Shown: positions 1 through 10,923, counted from the stretch's first letter. The stretch: DNA of 60,197 bases from an uncultured Nitrospirales bacterium (GCA_964574765.1 CAZNPC010000004.1:1-60197), one strand, 5' to 3'. Numbers and translations are program-made. The notes: generated by a model not told the origin, from the letters alone.

Positions 1-43
1 AACAACATTGTATTTGGCCGGATCAGTTGAAGAAGCACATTAG
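1..43 (+). CDS. atpB: F0F1 ATP synthase subunit a, 3' end (partial)
   Basis: The frame from base 2 reads TTLYLAGSVEEAH-stop (TAG 41-43), a typical subunit-a C-terminus, and lies upstream of atpE. Confidence 0.8.
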   Translation, partial: TTLYLAGSVEEAH

Positions 44-276
44 AATGACAAGCGAGCCAAAGGTGAGCGAATATAAATAATGATCAGTTCCTTACATTCA
101 GGTTTCCATAGGGAACATCGAATGACAAGCGAACTCAAGGTGAGCGAATATAAATAATGATCAGTTCCTTACATTCAGGTTTCCGTAGGGAACATCGAAT
201 GACAAGCGAACTCAAGGTGAGCGAATACAAACTAAAACAAACGAATCCTGACATTCCAGTTTCCGTAGGGAACATT
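44..276 (+). repeat. Three tandem ~77-bp units
   Basis: Units start AATGACAAGCGA at 44, 121 and 198 and end in the GTTTCC(A/G)TAGGGAAC hairpin. Units 1 and 2 are nearly identical; unit 3 has a diverged middle. Confidence 0.95.
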
Positions 277-282
277 AAATAA

Positions 283-654
<372 letters not shown>

Positions 655-725
655 GTGTAGATCATCAAGAATTTGTGACTGGTTAACTGATCTTTAAGAT
701 TCGAGACCTTTCATTTAAATAACTG

Positions 726-757
726 AGAAAGGCAGGTTTATTACCTGCCTTTCTTTT
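726..757 (+). terminator. Intrinsic terminator after atpE
   Basis: AGAAAGGCAGGT-ttatt-ACCTGCCTTTCT followed by a T run. Confidence 0.85.
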
Positions 758-894
758 GCTTTATCCACGTCACGACCTCTAATTATCAGTGAGGTTTGGG
801 AAATTTCACGGATTATGTAATAATATCCCCTGATTCCACTTGAATATTCAGATACATTCTGACCATATAACTTTACTTAGCATGGAGATAAAAC

Positions 895-1800
895 TTGGGA
901 CTTTTTGAAAAACTTAAGCAGGGATTGTCAAAAACAAGGAAAACCCTTGCAGAAAATACTGCCGCGTTATTTTCAGGCCGGGCTATTGATGAAACCCTGC
1001 TGGAAGAACTGGAAGAACTCCTTATAATGGCTGATATCGGCCCGCAGGCTGCAGCTTCAATAACCGGAGCTTTAAGGGAAAAGGTCAAAAAAGGGGAAAT
1101 TCCGAACGCCCGTGAACTCAAGACCGCCTTAAAAACAGAAATCAAGAAAATACTTAAACAGGGTAACAACATTATCTGCGCGGGTGAAAAACCATATGTA
1201 GTCCTTGTGGTAGGAGTTAACGGAGTAGGGAAAACAACTACTATCGGCAAACTGGCAAGACGTTTCACAGATAATGGATTTTCAGTAACTCTTGCGGCCG
1301 GGGACACCTTCAGGGCCGCGGCAATTGAACAGCTTGAGATATGGGCAAACCGTGCGGGCGCCCAGATCGTCAAACACAGAAGTAATGCGGACCCTGCCGC
1401 AGTTGCTTTTGACGCCGTAGCATCAGCCAGGTCCAAGAATGTTGACGCAGTGATAATTGATACCGCCGGAAGACTTCATACCAAGGCAAACCTTATGGAA
1501 GAACTCAAAAAAATCAGCCGCGTAGTCAGCCGGGAGATGCCATCGGCTCCTCATGAGGTCCTGCTCGTTGTTGACGCAACATCAGGACAAAACGCGATAC
1601 ATCAGGCAAAAATATTCAATGAAGCTGTTGGAGTAACAGGAATAGCCCTTACAAAGCTTGACGGGACCGCCAAAGGCGGGATCGTTCTGGCTATTAATAA
1701 GGAACTCGGTATCCCTGTTAAACTGATAGGGATCGGCGAAGCAGTCGACGACCTTCAGGATTTTAACGCGGATGAATTTGTCGAAGCTTTATTTGAATAA
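895..1800 (+). CDS. ftsY: Signal recognition particle receptor FtsY
   Basis: GVNGVGKTTTIGKLA, DTFRAAA, DTAGR and TKLDGTAKGG motifs; TTG start with GGAG RBS. Confidence 0.97.
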   Translation: MGLFEKLKQGLSKTRKTLAENTAALFSGRAIDETLLEELEELLIMADIGPQAAASITGALREKVKKGEIPNARELKTALKTEIKKILKQGNNIICAGEKPYVVLVVGVNGVGKTTTIGKLARRFTDNGFSVTLAAGDTFRAAAIEQLEIWANRAGAQIVKHRSNADPAAVAFDAVASARSKNVDAVIIDTAGRLHTKANLMEELKKISRVVSREMPSAPHEVLLVVDATSGQNAIHQAKIFNEAVGVTGIALTKLDGTAKGGIVLAINKELGIPVKLIGIGEAVDDLQDFNADEFVEALFE

Positions 1801-1879
1801 CCCCTCAATTGCTTTCTTTCCAAAGAGATCCGCCTTCAGCCCGCTATTTCACAAAATTAATAATTCGCAGAAAAAGCAA

Positions 1880-1908
1880 TTGATTAATCTTTCCGCTTCT
1901 GCTATATA
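1880..1908 (+). promoter_or_regulatory. Putative sigma70 promoter for the methyltransferase/efflux operon
   Basis: TTGATT-17 bp-TATATA with an extended TG, about 40 bp before the ATG at 1949. Confidence 0.45.
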
Positions 1909-1948
1909 TACACAAATTACCTGCTACTGATATAAAAAACGAATACAA

Positions 1949-2692
1949 ATGATTGCTGAAACGAACCTATCTGAAATAATTCAGGAAACTGCGGGCCTCA
2001 GGTTAATCGAACCTCATATATACTCGGCCTGCCCGGATGATGAAGATGAAAATTTTTTTGATAAAATGGCGCGCTTCTACGATCTGGTCATATGCAACCC
2101 CTTATACAACCGTCTTATGTGGGGATATTCTACCTCAGGCTATGTGTCCCTGACCCATAAGGTACTCAACTCATCAAAAGACGGATGGATACTGGACGCC
2201 GGGTGCGGTTCTTTGGCTTTCACGGCAAAAACATACATGAATTATTCCGAACGTCCGGTTATTTTCTTCGATCAATCGCTCAAACTGCTCAGAATAGCCA
2301 AATCAAGACTTTCGGGTCCAGATCGCTGTGTGCCTTCTAACATGGTATTTCTGCAGGGTAATATACTTCAGCTGCCTTTCAAACCGGGCTGCTTCAAGAC
2401 AATTATTTCATTGAATTTGCTGCATGTTATTGACGATCTGGAAAAGGTGTTGTCTACACTTAGAAACTTATTGACAGAAAAAGGTACAATAACCTTTACT
2501 ACATTGATCAAAAACAATCGTTATGCTGATGGATATCTTAAAATGATGCTGAAAAAAACAGGTGGAACAGCCCCAAGGACTATAGACCAGCTGAGCGCAT
2601 CTTTTGCCGAGCTGGGAATGCCGATAACTTTTGATATTAGCGGAAATATGGCATTTATCTCTTACAATCAAATAAGAAAGGAAATGACATGA
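1949..2692 (+). CDS. Class I SAM-dependent methyltransferase
   Basis: ILDAGCGS motif I and the LQGNILQLPF motif; ATGA overlap with the next gene. Confidence 0.85.
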   Translation: MIAETNLSEIIQETAGLRLIEPHIYSACPDDEDENFFDKMARFYDLVICNPLYNRLMWGYSTSGYVSLTHKVLNSSKDGWILDAGCGSLAFTAKTYMNYSERPVIFFDQSLKLLRIAKSRLSGPDRCVPSNMVFLQGNILQLPFKPGCFKTIISLNLLHVIDDLEKVLSTLRNLLTEKGTITFTTLIKNNRYADGYLKMMLKKTGGTAPRTIDQLSASFAELGMPITFDISGNMAFISYNQIRKEMT

Positions 2693-4005
2693 AAAAATTA
2701 TGTTCAGCTGTGTTTTTCTTATTATTATTTTTTACTCCATTAAACCTGCCTGCAGAGGATTATTCGCTTGATGACCTGTGGAGGCTTGCCCTTGAAAAAA
2801 GCGAGACCATTAAAATCGCTGAGGAAGATCTATATATTTCAAAGCGCGAAAAGGACATGGCCCTGGCGGGGCTGCTTCCTACTCTATCCGCTTTTGGAGA
2901 CCATAAAAGATACAGCCAGGAAAAAAAGAGATTCGACTTCACAGTACAGCCTGATTACACAAACAGCTGGGGATTCAGGCTGGATAAATCTCTGTCATTA
3001 GGCGGACAGGAGTTCAGGGCATATAAGATGTCCAAGGACACGATTATAAAGAGCAGGTTTGACCTTGATTCAGTTAAAGGGGACTACCTTTTATCTATTG
3101 CCTCTGCGTATTTCGATGTCCTGAAATCAAAAAAGGCTCTGGAAATAGCAAATGCTAATGTAGATAGGCTGACAAAACACAGGGATGCCTCCAAGATAAG
3201 GCTAAGGGTCGGTGAAGTAACAAAAACAGTCCTTCTCCGTGCTGAAGCCGAACTTTCAGGCGCCCAGTCAGAATTAATAAAAGCTAAAAACCACCTGAGA
3301 CTTGCCAAATATATTCTTGCCAGAACAGCCGGAATTACAACAGACTATGAAATTAAGGAAGATCTTCAACCAGTGGACCTGGAATCTTTGTCCAGGGACT
3401 GTAAGTCATCCGTCCCGGAATGCCTGAAAGAAAAAACTGATGAAGAAAGATCGGAAATCAAGTCATTGACTCTTCAGAAATCAATTGCCCGGGACCAGGT
3501 CAAGTTTGCGAAGGGATCATTTCTGCCCATCATTTCGGTGGAAGGTGTATTTATAAGGGAGGATAACGAGCCTTCAACCTATTTTGAAATTAATGAAAAG
3601 CTATACGGCACTTTGTCACTTAACTTTCCTTTTTTTGAAGGAGGGTTAAGAATGGCCGAAGTAGGGGAAGCAAAGGCAAGACTGAGACAGGCGGAATACA
3701 GCCTTTCGGACATGAGAAAATCCATCAATGTAGAAGTCGAAAGCTCATATCTCGACCTGCTGACAGAATCAGGGGTTATAACAAAATTACAGGCGGAGGT
3801 CGAGTATTCAAAGGATAACTATAATGCCGTATCCAAACAGTTTACGTACGGCCTTGCCGACAGCATTGACGTTATGGACGCAAACACTCTTCTTGTAACG
3901 GCGGAAAGAGAACTTGCAAATGCCCGGTATAACTATCATCTGACTTATTTGAAATTAAAAAGGGCGACAGGGACACTTTTAAAAACAGTAGTCAGTAAAC
4001 AGTAA
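2689..4005 (+). CDS. TolC-family outer membrane efflux protein
   Basis: Signal peptide, two OEP-like repeats, LNFPFFEGG; upstream of MFP and RND genes. Confidence 0.92.
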   Translation: MKKLCSAVFFLLLFFTPLNLPAEDYSLDDLWRLALEKSETIKIAEEDLYISKREKDMALAGLLPTLSAFGDHKRYSQEKKRFDFTVQPDYTNSWGFRLDKSLSLGGQEFRAYKMSKDTIIKSRFDLDSVKGDYLLSIASAYFDVLKSKKALEIANANVDRLTKHRDASKIRLRVGEVTKTVLLRAEAELSGAQSELIKAKNHLRLAKYILARTAGITTDYEIKEDLQPVDLESLSRDCKSSVPECLKEKTDEERSEIKSLTLQKSIARDQVKFAKGSFLPIISVEGVFIREDNEPSTYFEINEKLYGTLSLNFPFFEGGLRMAEVGEAKARLRQAEYSLSDMRKSINVEVESSYLDLLTESGVITKLQAEVEYSKDNYNAVSKQFTYGLADSIDVMDANTLLVTAERELANARYNYHLTYLKLKRATGTLLKTVVSKQ

Positions 4006-4205
4006 ACCGGTGACAAAAAAAGAACATAGTTTAAACTGATCAAACTGTAATGAGACAGCCTTTCCTGCCAGCATGTAACAGTCTTCACGGCTGTTACGAT
4101 TAACATATAACTAATAACGAGTAACAACAGTTATAATTATCAATGAAAAATTAGCAGTTATCAGTTAGCAATTATTAATGACAATTGTTAATTGTTAAAT
4201 TTTCA
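3985..4205. repeat. 7-nt-periodic low-complexity arrays
   Basis: CAGTAGT CAGTAAA CAGTAAA; TAACATA TAACTAA TAACGAG TAACAAC; then TTAGCAG TTATCAG TTAGCAA in the complementary sense. Confidence 0.6.
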
Positions 4206-4240
4206 ATGTTTTGTTCATGATCAGCAAGGAGCCTTCATTT

Positions 4241-5203
4241 ATGAAGAAATTATTAATAGCGTTATTTATCTTTGTTTTATTTAATCCTTCAGCTGTTTAT
4301 GCCCAGGAGGGTATGCCCCCGGCAAATGTGGTAGTCTCCGATGTCGGTGCCGGAACAGTAGCCCCGGAATCAGAGTTCATAGGAACAGTATATTATCACG
4401 AAGTATCTGAAGTTTCATGTGAAATAGACGGCAAAGTAGAAGAGATTAATTTTGAAGAGGGACAGAGAGTGAAAAAGGGTGATGTCCTTGTTAAGCTCAA
4501 TTCAGATCTGCTGATGTCAGATCTTAAGAAAGCTAAATTAGACTTTAACAGGGCGAAAAATCTTTTTAATGAAAAACTTATATCCGAAGAAATATATGAC
4601 GAGCGCAGGTTCGAAATGGAGCGTCTTGAAATTGAACTCCGAAAAAAACACATAAAAGCGCCGTTTGACGGGGTAATTATCAGCAAACATGTTGACAGGG
4701 GTGAGTGGCTCTCTCCGGGTTCTATTGTGATGACAATCGCGAGAGACGATGTAGTAGATATTATCGCCGAGGTTCCGGAAGATATCATCGGTTACATAAA
4801 ATCCAATATGGGTGTGACAATAAAAACAGGCGGAAAAGAAATACAGGGCAAGGTAATCACAATCATACCACGCGGCGACGTATCAACAAGAACGTTCCCG
4901 GTAAAAATAAGCGCGAATAACAGCATGTCCCTGATAGAAGGCATGGAGGCAAGAGTTTTCCTGCCCTCGGGACAGAAACAGGATACGCTTATCGTTCCCA
5001 GAGACGCCGTTATATCCATGTTCGGAATGACGGTTGTATTCGCCGTAATCGATTCAAAGGCAAAGATGATCCCCGTACAGGTCGCAGGATATGAAGGTCT
5101 AAACGCCGGGATTCTCGCACAAGGACTCACTGCCGGCATGAAAGTGGTGGTTAAGGGAAACGAGCGGCTGAGGGACGGACAACCAGTCATAATACAGCAA
5201 TGA
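4241..5203 (+). CDS. RND efflux periplasmic adaptor (MFP)
   Basis: G-x-V-x-x-I-x-F-x-EGQRVKKGDVLVKL lipoyl-like motif, IKAPFDG, TRTFPVK. Start placed at ATG 4241 after an AAGGAG RBS. Confidence 0.92.
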   Translation: MKKLLIALFIFVLFNPSAVYAQEGMPPANVVVSDVGAGTVAPESEFIGTVYYHEVSEVSCEIDGKVEEINFEEGQRVKKGDVLVKLNSDLLMSDLKKAKLDFNRAKNLFNEKLISEEIYDERRFEMERLEIELRKKHIKAPFDGVIISKHVDRGEWLSPGSIVMTIARDDVVDIIAEVPEDIIGYIKSNMGVTIKTGGKEIQGKVITIIPRGDVSTRTFPVKISANNSMSLIEGMEARVFLPSGQKQDTLIVPRDAVISMFGMTVVFAVIDSKAKMIPVQVAGYEGLNAGILAQGLTAGMKVVVKGNERLRDGQPVIIQQ

Positions 5204-5357
5204 CAAATGTCAAAACTCAAACCTGCCTGCCGGCAGGCCGGTATCAAAAATAATCCGGAATATAAAATTGCGGTTTATTTTTTCATCAAAATCTAACGTT
5301 TGGAATTTGTCATTTGGAATTAATTTGGTATTTGCAATTTGATATTTGAAATTTGCA
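5201..5357. repeat. Inverted heptamer arrays with an embedded GC palindrome
   Basis: TGACAAA TGTCAAA ACTCAAA on the left; TTTGGAA TTTGTCA TTTGGAA ... TTTGCAA TTTGATA TTTGAAA on the right; ACCTGCCTGCCGGCAGGCCGGT at 5221-5242. Confidence 0.8.
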
Positions 5358-5365
5358 GTTAACTT

Positions 5366-8300
5366 ATGGATATCGTCCAATTTTCAATAAAGAAACCGGT
5401 TACAGTTATCGTCGGTGTAATTTTTGTAGTTCTTTTCGGCCTTATAGGCCTTTCCAAGATGCCCTACCAGCTCAGCCCGGACGTGTCAGAGCCTGAGATT
5501 TCAGTGGAAACCACCTGGATAGGCGCCACTCCTTACGAGATAGAACGGGAAATAATCGAAGAACAGGAAAAGGTGCTTAAGGGCATTCCAGGCCTTTTGG
5601 AAATGGAAAGCTCTTCATTCAACTCTCAGGGGACTGTGACTCTCAGGTTTAAAATAGGCACTGATGTTGATGACGCCCTTTTAAGGGTCTCCAACAAGTT
5701 AAACGAGGTCCGTTCATATCCGGAAAACGTTGACAGGCCTGTTATTAACGCTACAGGCGCGGCCACCTCTCCTGTTATATGGATAATACTGAAACCTGAT
5801 AAGGACAACCCTGTCCCTATAAATACATATAAGACTTTTTTTGAAAATGAGATAAAGCAGTTCCTTGAGAGAGTGGAAGGTGTCGCAGACCTCTTCATCG
5901 GCGGCGGTACAAAGCAGGAACTGCACGTCACTGTCAGGCCTGATAAACTGGCGGCATACGGCCTTACTATCAATGACGTTATTAATGTACTGAACAACGA
6001 AAACATTAATATATCTGCCGGCACTATGGGCGTTGGAAGAAGGGATTACAGAATAAGGACAGTTGCCGAATTCAGGACACCCGATGACATTAAAAATATT
6101 GTTATCAGATCAACAGGACAGAGACGCGTAAGGATATCGGACATAGCAGTAGTAGATTTTGGATATGAAAAACTCGCGGTCTCAATGATCCATAACGCGG
6201 AAGCCGGCATCGCGATCGGCATCAAACCTGAACCTGGCGCCAATATTCTTGATATGACCGACAGTGTCGAAGAGACTGTCAACTGGCTTAACAAAACCAG
6301 ACTTAAACCGAAAAAAATATACCTTGACTGGGTTTATGATCAGAGGCCTTACATAAACGGTGCGATTGGACTTGTGCAATGGAATATTTTTATCGGCGGC
6401 ATACTTGCCTTTCTCGTACTGCTTATCTTCTTAAGGAGTGGTTCATCAACGGTAATTGCCGCGTCCGCGATCCCGATAAGCGTAATAGGGACTTTTATCT
6501 TCATGAACGCCCTGGGCAGAAACCTCAATGTCGTAAGCCTCGCAGGCATTGCGTTTGCCGTAGGTATGCTCGTTGACAATGCTATTGTTGTTCTTGAAAA
6601 TATCGACCGCCACATAAAAATGGGCAAATCTCCTTTTGACGCCGCGTATGACGGCGCGACTGAAGTCAGGGGTGCGATACTTGCGTCAACTCTCACAACG
6701 GTCGCCGTATTCTTACCTGTTATTTTCATTCAGGAAGAGGCCGGACAATTGTTCAGGGATATCGCGATCGCAGTAACATGCGCCGTTACATTAAGCCTTT
6801 TTGTCTCTATATCAGTTATCCCTATGCTTTCAGAAAAACTGTCCAGGCTCTCAAGCAGCAAACCTTCTCTAAAAGAAACCGTCGCTTCCAGGTTCGGCAG
6901 TAACGCAATAGATATCATAATGTCCCTTGTTACAACTGCCACTAAAAACCTGAGCACCCGGCTTATTACAGTATCAATGCTTACGATCATTTCCATTGCA
7001 TCTGTATGGCTATTATTACCCAAAACAGAATACCTGCCGCAGGGCAACAGAAATCTTGTTATAAGCATTCTTATTCCTCCTCCAGGCCTTTCTTATGATG
7101 AAAAGAAGGAGATTGGCGAGGGCATTTTTGAGACTGTCAAACCTCATATGAAAAAAGATCACAACGGATTTCCCGGCATTGACAATATGTTTTATGTAGG
7201 TTCAGAGCAGTTCAATATAATGGGCGCGATAAGCATGCATGAACAACGCGCGGGTGAACTTCTGCCGCTTTTTATGGGAACGATTAACAGCATTCCGGGC
7301 ATGTTCGGGGTCAGCATGCAGGCAGGTATATTTCAGACAAGGCTCGGCAGGGGAAGAACCGTTGAGGTCGATATCAGCACAGATGACATAAACCAGGCTG
7401 TCCAGATAGGTGGAATGATGTTCGGTATTATCAGCCAGGAGATCCCGGGCGCGCAGATAAGGCCTGTCCCGTCGCTCGAACTGCTCTTCCCGGAAGTACG
7501 GCTGATCCCGCGGAGGGACCGTCTCAAGGCCGCGGGTATGAACGCAGGTGAACTCGGTGTAGCGCTTGATGTGCTTATGGACGGCAGGAAGATCGGCGAG
7601 TTCAAACAGGAAGGGCGAAAAAAAATTGACCTCGTGCTGAAAGCTTCCGAACGGGACATATCCACTCCTGAGGAACTCTACCGCTCTATGATAACAACAC
7701 CCGGAGGAAAGATCGTTCCGGTCTCATCTCTTGCCAGCCTTGAAAGGACATCGGGAATTACTGAGATAAGGCATCTTGAGAGAAAGCGGACCATCACTCT
7801 TCAGGTCACCCCGCCTGAAAATATACCCCTACAGGAAACTATGGAGATCATTGACCAAAAGGTCATACCCGCGTTGCAGGGACAGCAAATGCTTGAAGGC
7901 GCGGATGTAAGACAGAGTGGAGTCGCGGACAAACTTACTGAAACGAGGGAAGTGCTTCAGTGGAACTTCCTTATCGCCGCGATTATTGCTTATCTCTTAA
8001 TGGCCGCTTTGTTTGGCAATTTTATTTATCCGCTAATAATCATGTTCACCGTACCCCTTGCGGGAGCCGGGGGGTTCATGGGCCTGAGCCTGATGAACCT
8101 GTTCTCCTCCAGACACCAGCCGTTTGATGTTCTGACAATGCTGGGATTTGTAATACTGATCGGAGTGGTCGTTAATAACGCGATACTTATTGTCCATCAG
8201 TCGCTTAACAACATACATTATCACAATATGGATTACAGGGAAGCTGTACTTGAAGCCACAAGGACAAGACTGAGGCCTATTTACATGAGCGCTTCAACAA

Positions 8301-8479
8301 GTATATTCGGAATGCTTCCTCTTGTTGTAGCTCCGGGCCCGGGATCAGAGCTTTACAGGGGGCTTGGAAGCGTCATACTCGGCGGACTTGCGTTATCAAC
8401 TGTCTTCACGGTATTTGTTATTCCCTGCCTTTTGGTATTTTTTATTAAAATGGAGAAAAAGCCGTCCAGGCCCATTTAA
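5366..8479 (+). CDS. RND efflux permease (AcrB/AcrD/AcrF family)
   Basis: 1037 aa; GMLVDNAIVVLENI, GVVVNNAIL and RLRPIYMS motifs. Confidence 0.96.
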   Translation: MDIVQFSIKKPVTVIVGVIFVVLFGLIGLSKMPYQLSPDVSEPEISVETTWIGATPYEIEREIIEEQEKVLKGIPGLLEMESSSFNSQGTVTLRFKIGTDVDDALLRVSNKLNEVRSYPENVDRPVINATGAATSPVIWIILKPDKDNPVPINTYKTFFENEIKQFLERVEGVADLFIGGGTKQELHVTVRPDKLAAYGLTINDVINVLNNENINISAGTMGVGRRDYRIRTVAEFRTPDDIKNIVIRSTGQRRVRISDIAVVDFGYEKLAVSMIHNAEAGIAIGIKPEPGANILDMTDSVEETVNWLNKTRLKPKKIYLDWVYDQRPYINGAIGLVQWNIFIGGILAFLVLLIFLRSGSSTVIAASAIPISVIGTFIFMNALGRNLNVVSLAGIAFAVGMLVDNAIVVLENIDRHIKMGKSPFDAAYDGATEVRGAILASTLTTVAVFLPVIFIQEEAGQLFRDIAIAVTCAVTLSLFVSISVIPMLSEKLSRLSSSKPSLKETVASRFGSNAIDIIMSLVTTATKNLSTRLITVSMLTIISIASVWLLLPKTEYLPQGNRNLVISILIPPPGLSYDEKKEIGEGIFETVKPHMKKDHNGFPGIDNMFYVGSEQFNIMGAISMHEQRAGELLPLFMGTINSIPGMFGVSMQAGIFQTRLGRGRTVEVDISTDDINQAVQIGGMMFGIISQEIPGAQIRPVPSLELLFPEVRLIPRRDRLKAAGMNAGELGVALDVLMDGRKIGEFKQEGRKKIDLVLKASERDISTPEELYRSMITTPGGKIVPVSSLASLERTSGITEIRHLERKRTITLQVTPPENIPLQETMEIIDQKVIPALQGQQMLEGADVRQSGVADKLTETREVLQWNFLIAAIIAYLLMAALFGNFIYPLIIMFTVPLAGAGGFMGLSLMNLFSSRHQPFDVLTMLGFVILIGVVVNNAILIVHQSLNNIHYHNMDYREAVLEATRTRLRPIYMSASTSIFGMLPLVVAPGPGSELYRGLGSVILGGLALSTVFTVFVIPCLLVFFIKMEKKPSRPI

Positions 8480-8516
8480 CCCTTTAGGATATTTTGACCG
8501 GTATGTCCGCAAAGAG

Positions 8517-9668
8517 ATGAACACTTTCATAACAGTATTTACATTTTTTTATTCCCTGTACGGAATAGGACATTTTTACGCTTTTTTAAAAATAAAATAC
8601 ACTTTTCATCCCGGCACAGCTGAAAGTGTTATTTTGGGTTTATTCCTGGCCTTCATGATGTTTTCGCCCTCTCTGGTCCGTATCTGCAGTTTGAGGATGT
8701 CGGAAGGAATATCAAGGATCATCGCGTATATCTCTTATGCCTGGATGGCATTGCTCCTGTTTTTCTTTACATGCGGCCTTCCTATTGACCTTTACAATAT
8801 CGGTATACATATAATTGGCAATGTAATAAATAGCAGTTTCGATAACATTGCAGTTCCTGTACTGCCCGCTTTTTACATACCTCTCCTTTTGGCGGTACCC
8901 CTGAGCGTTTACAGCTTTTATGAGGCAGGGAACCTTAAAACACGAAAGATTACAATAAAAACATCCAAACTGCCGGAAAAAACCAGCAGGCTGACGATCG
9001 CTCATATCTCTGATCTTCATTTAGGCATTATGGTAAGGGATGCAATAGTAAACAAAGCAGTCAGAGAAATAAAAAAGGCGAACCCTGACCTGATAGTCTC
9101 AACCGGCGACCTGATAGAAGAAGAAGTGCATCATGTAACCCACCTTTCTGAACCGTTAAGACAGCTTGAAGCCCGGCTCGGTAAATATGCCGTTACCGGT
9201 AACCATGATTATTTTACAAATATTGCCCAGTCTATACAGTTCATGAATGATTCCGGTTTTACCCCTTTAAGGGGAGAAGGTGTAACCATACATAATATTA
9301 TCAATATAGCCGGTATGGACGATCCGATATCAATGAACGGCAGAAATTCAGGCGACCGTCCTTCTGAAAGAGACATACTTTCGGGGCTTCCCTCAAACCT
9401 GTTTACCATATTGCTCAAACACAGGCCTGACATCGATAAAAACAGTCTCGGACTGTTTGATCTTCAGTTATCAGGGCATACTCACGGCGGACAGTTAATA
9501 CAGTTACGCGTTATCCTCAAACTGCTGGTAAATCACAATTCAGGTTATCAGGAACTTCCTAACGGCTCAGCTTTGTATGTAAGCCGCGGCGCCGGTACCG
9601 CGTGCTCACCCATACGGTTTCTTACCCCGCCGGAGATAACAATAATTGAAATAGAAAAAGAACAGTAA
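8517..9668 (+). CDS. Membrane-anchored metallophosphoesterase (YkuE/YaeI-like)
   Basis: DLHLG, GDL, GNHD, H and SGHTHGGQ motifs with N-terminal TM helices. Start moved to ATG 8517. Confidence 0.9.
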   Translation: MNTFITVFTFFYSLYGIGHFYAFLKIKYTFHPGTAESVILGLFLAFMMFSPSLVRICSLRMSEGISRIIAYISYAWMALLLFFFTCGLPIDLYNIGIHIIGNVINSSFDNIAVPVLPAFYIPLLLAVPLSVYSFYEAGNLKTRKITIKTSKLPEKTSRLTIAHISDLHLGIMVRDAIVNKAVREIKKANPDLIVSTGDLIEEEVHHVTHLSEPLRQLEARLGKYAVTGNHDYFTNIAQSIQFMNDSGFTPLRGEGVTIHNIINIAGMDDPISMNGRNSGDRPSERDILSGLPSNLFTILLKHRPDIDKNSLGLFDLQLSGHTHGGQLIQLRVILKLLVNHNSGYQELPNGSALYVSRGAGTACSPIRFLTPPEITIIEIEKEQ

Positions 9669-9799
9669 CAATTTGAAATTAAGAATTAAGAAAAAACAGG
9701 CCCATGTCCCGTTTTTTTAATTCTATTATCATAATTTGTGGGTGGAACGCCACTAACTTTTATTTGTTAAATCAAAAATAAGATGCGTCACTATTTATT

Positions 9800-9897
9800 G
9801 AATTTAGAATTGATAATTGTTAATTTTGCACTATTAGTTATTATCTATTAGCTATCAGCCACGAGCTTGTCCGCCTCTGGCGTGGCTATGAGCTATT
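9800..9897. repeat. Heptamer array interrupted by a TCCGCCTCTGGCG palindrome
   Basis: AGTTATT ATCTATT AGCTATC AGCCACG AGCTTGT [CCGCCTCTGGCGT] GGCTATG AGCTATT. Confidence 0.65.
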
Positions 9898-10836
9898 CGT
9901 ACCATCCTCTTCGTCTTCATCTTTATAAGCCCGCTTCTTAATTAAAAGCCTGATAAAGCCGTACAAGGTTAAAAAGGCCGCCAGGGTAAATATTACCGTA
10001 TATAGATTATTACTCAGATATAAAAACCATGTGATCTTTCTCCTTAGATGATCATGCCATTGCTCTTCAAGCTCCCCGACAGAAATAAAAAGGCTTTTGG
10101 GGACTGCCATATCCATTTCGTATCCTTCCTTAAGACTATCAAGGATATTCAGTATCCCGTCTGTACCATACTCCTTGTCTATGAATTCAACAATACTCCT
10201 GCTCTCTTCATACGCAAGGACAAAAGATCTTTTATTCCGCGGGAATGTATATTCCAGGTCTTTCAGTCTTATTAGTTTTTTTGATAAAACAGCCTGTTGA
10301 AGAAGATTATCGTTTTTACCGGTTATTATCTCCGCGGCCCCCCCGCTCACCCACTGGGATATACCTTCATCAAGCCATTTAGGGAGATCTCCGTCTTTGA
10401 CATAGCTGTGTAGAAAAAGATGGCTCAGCTCATGTTTAAGCGTAGTCTTGACAGTAAAAGGATAAGTCTTCATCATCGAGTAGTCAATTACTATTAATTT
10501 TTTCCCGGGCACTGCAAAGGCGACAACTGCGTCACTGTTGATTATCTTTTGAAATTCTTTTCTGTCCCTTACTATCACTACAAGAGGCCTGAAATCGATC
10601 TTCTGCATGAACGTTCTCTCTATTTCTCTTTTTACTCCGGGATACACATATAAAACTTCTTTAGCAGCCTGCTGAAGCGGTCTTTGAAACTGGACGATCA
10701 GTTCATCAGTCTGTATACTGTCTGTCTCATCCGCAAAGGCCGGCACAGAAAGGATAAGAGAGAAAGTTAAGAACAGAAGAGTGATTATTAAACAGAACAG
10801 CATAGAAGACCAATGCGATAATTTTATTTTATTCAC
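9886..10836 (-). CDS. Peptidase MA-like (gluzincin) membrane protein
   Basis: HELSH (HExxH) followed by PKWLDEG; N-terminal signal and C-terminal TM helix. Confidence 0.8.
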   Translation of the reverse strand: MNKIKLSHWSSMLFCLIITLLFLTFSLILSVPAFADETDSIQTDELIVQFQRPLQQAAKEVLYVYPGVKREIERTFMQKIDFRPLVVIVRDRKEFQKIINSDAVVAFAVPGKKLIVIDYSMMKTYPFTVKTTLKHELSHLFLHSYVKDGDLPKWLDEGISQWVSGGAAEIITGKNDNLLQQAVLSKKLIRLKDLEYTFPRNKRSFVLAYEESRSIVEFIDKEYGTDGILNILDSLKEGYEMDMAVPKSLFISVGELEEQWHDHLRRKITWFLYLSNNLYTVIFTLAAFLTLYGFIRLLIKKRAYKDEDEEDGTNSS

Positions 10837-10860
10837 GAAGATTACTATGGCCCCGGCAAC

Positions 10861-10890
10861 AAAAAACCCCCGGGAGTTATCCCGGAGGTC
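10861..10890 (-). terminator. Intrinsic terminator downstream of the microprotein gene
   Basis: Minus strand ACCTCCGGGA-taac-TCCCGGGGGT followed by a T run. Confidence 0.8.
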
Positions 10891-10923
10891 ATTGCAATTT
10901 ATAATCAGCCTAAAAGGCTGCTT

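Noticed and set aside
44-276. CRISPR array
   Set aside because: Units 1 and 2 are nearly identical along their whole length, so there are no unique spacers, and no cas genes are visible.
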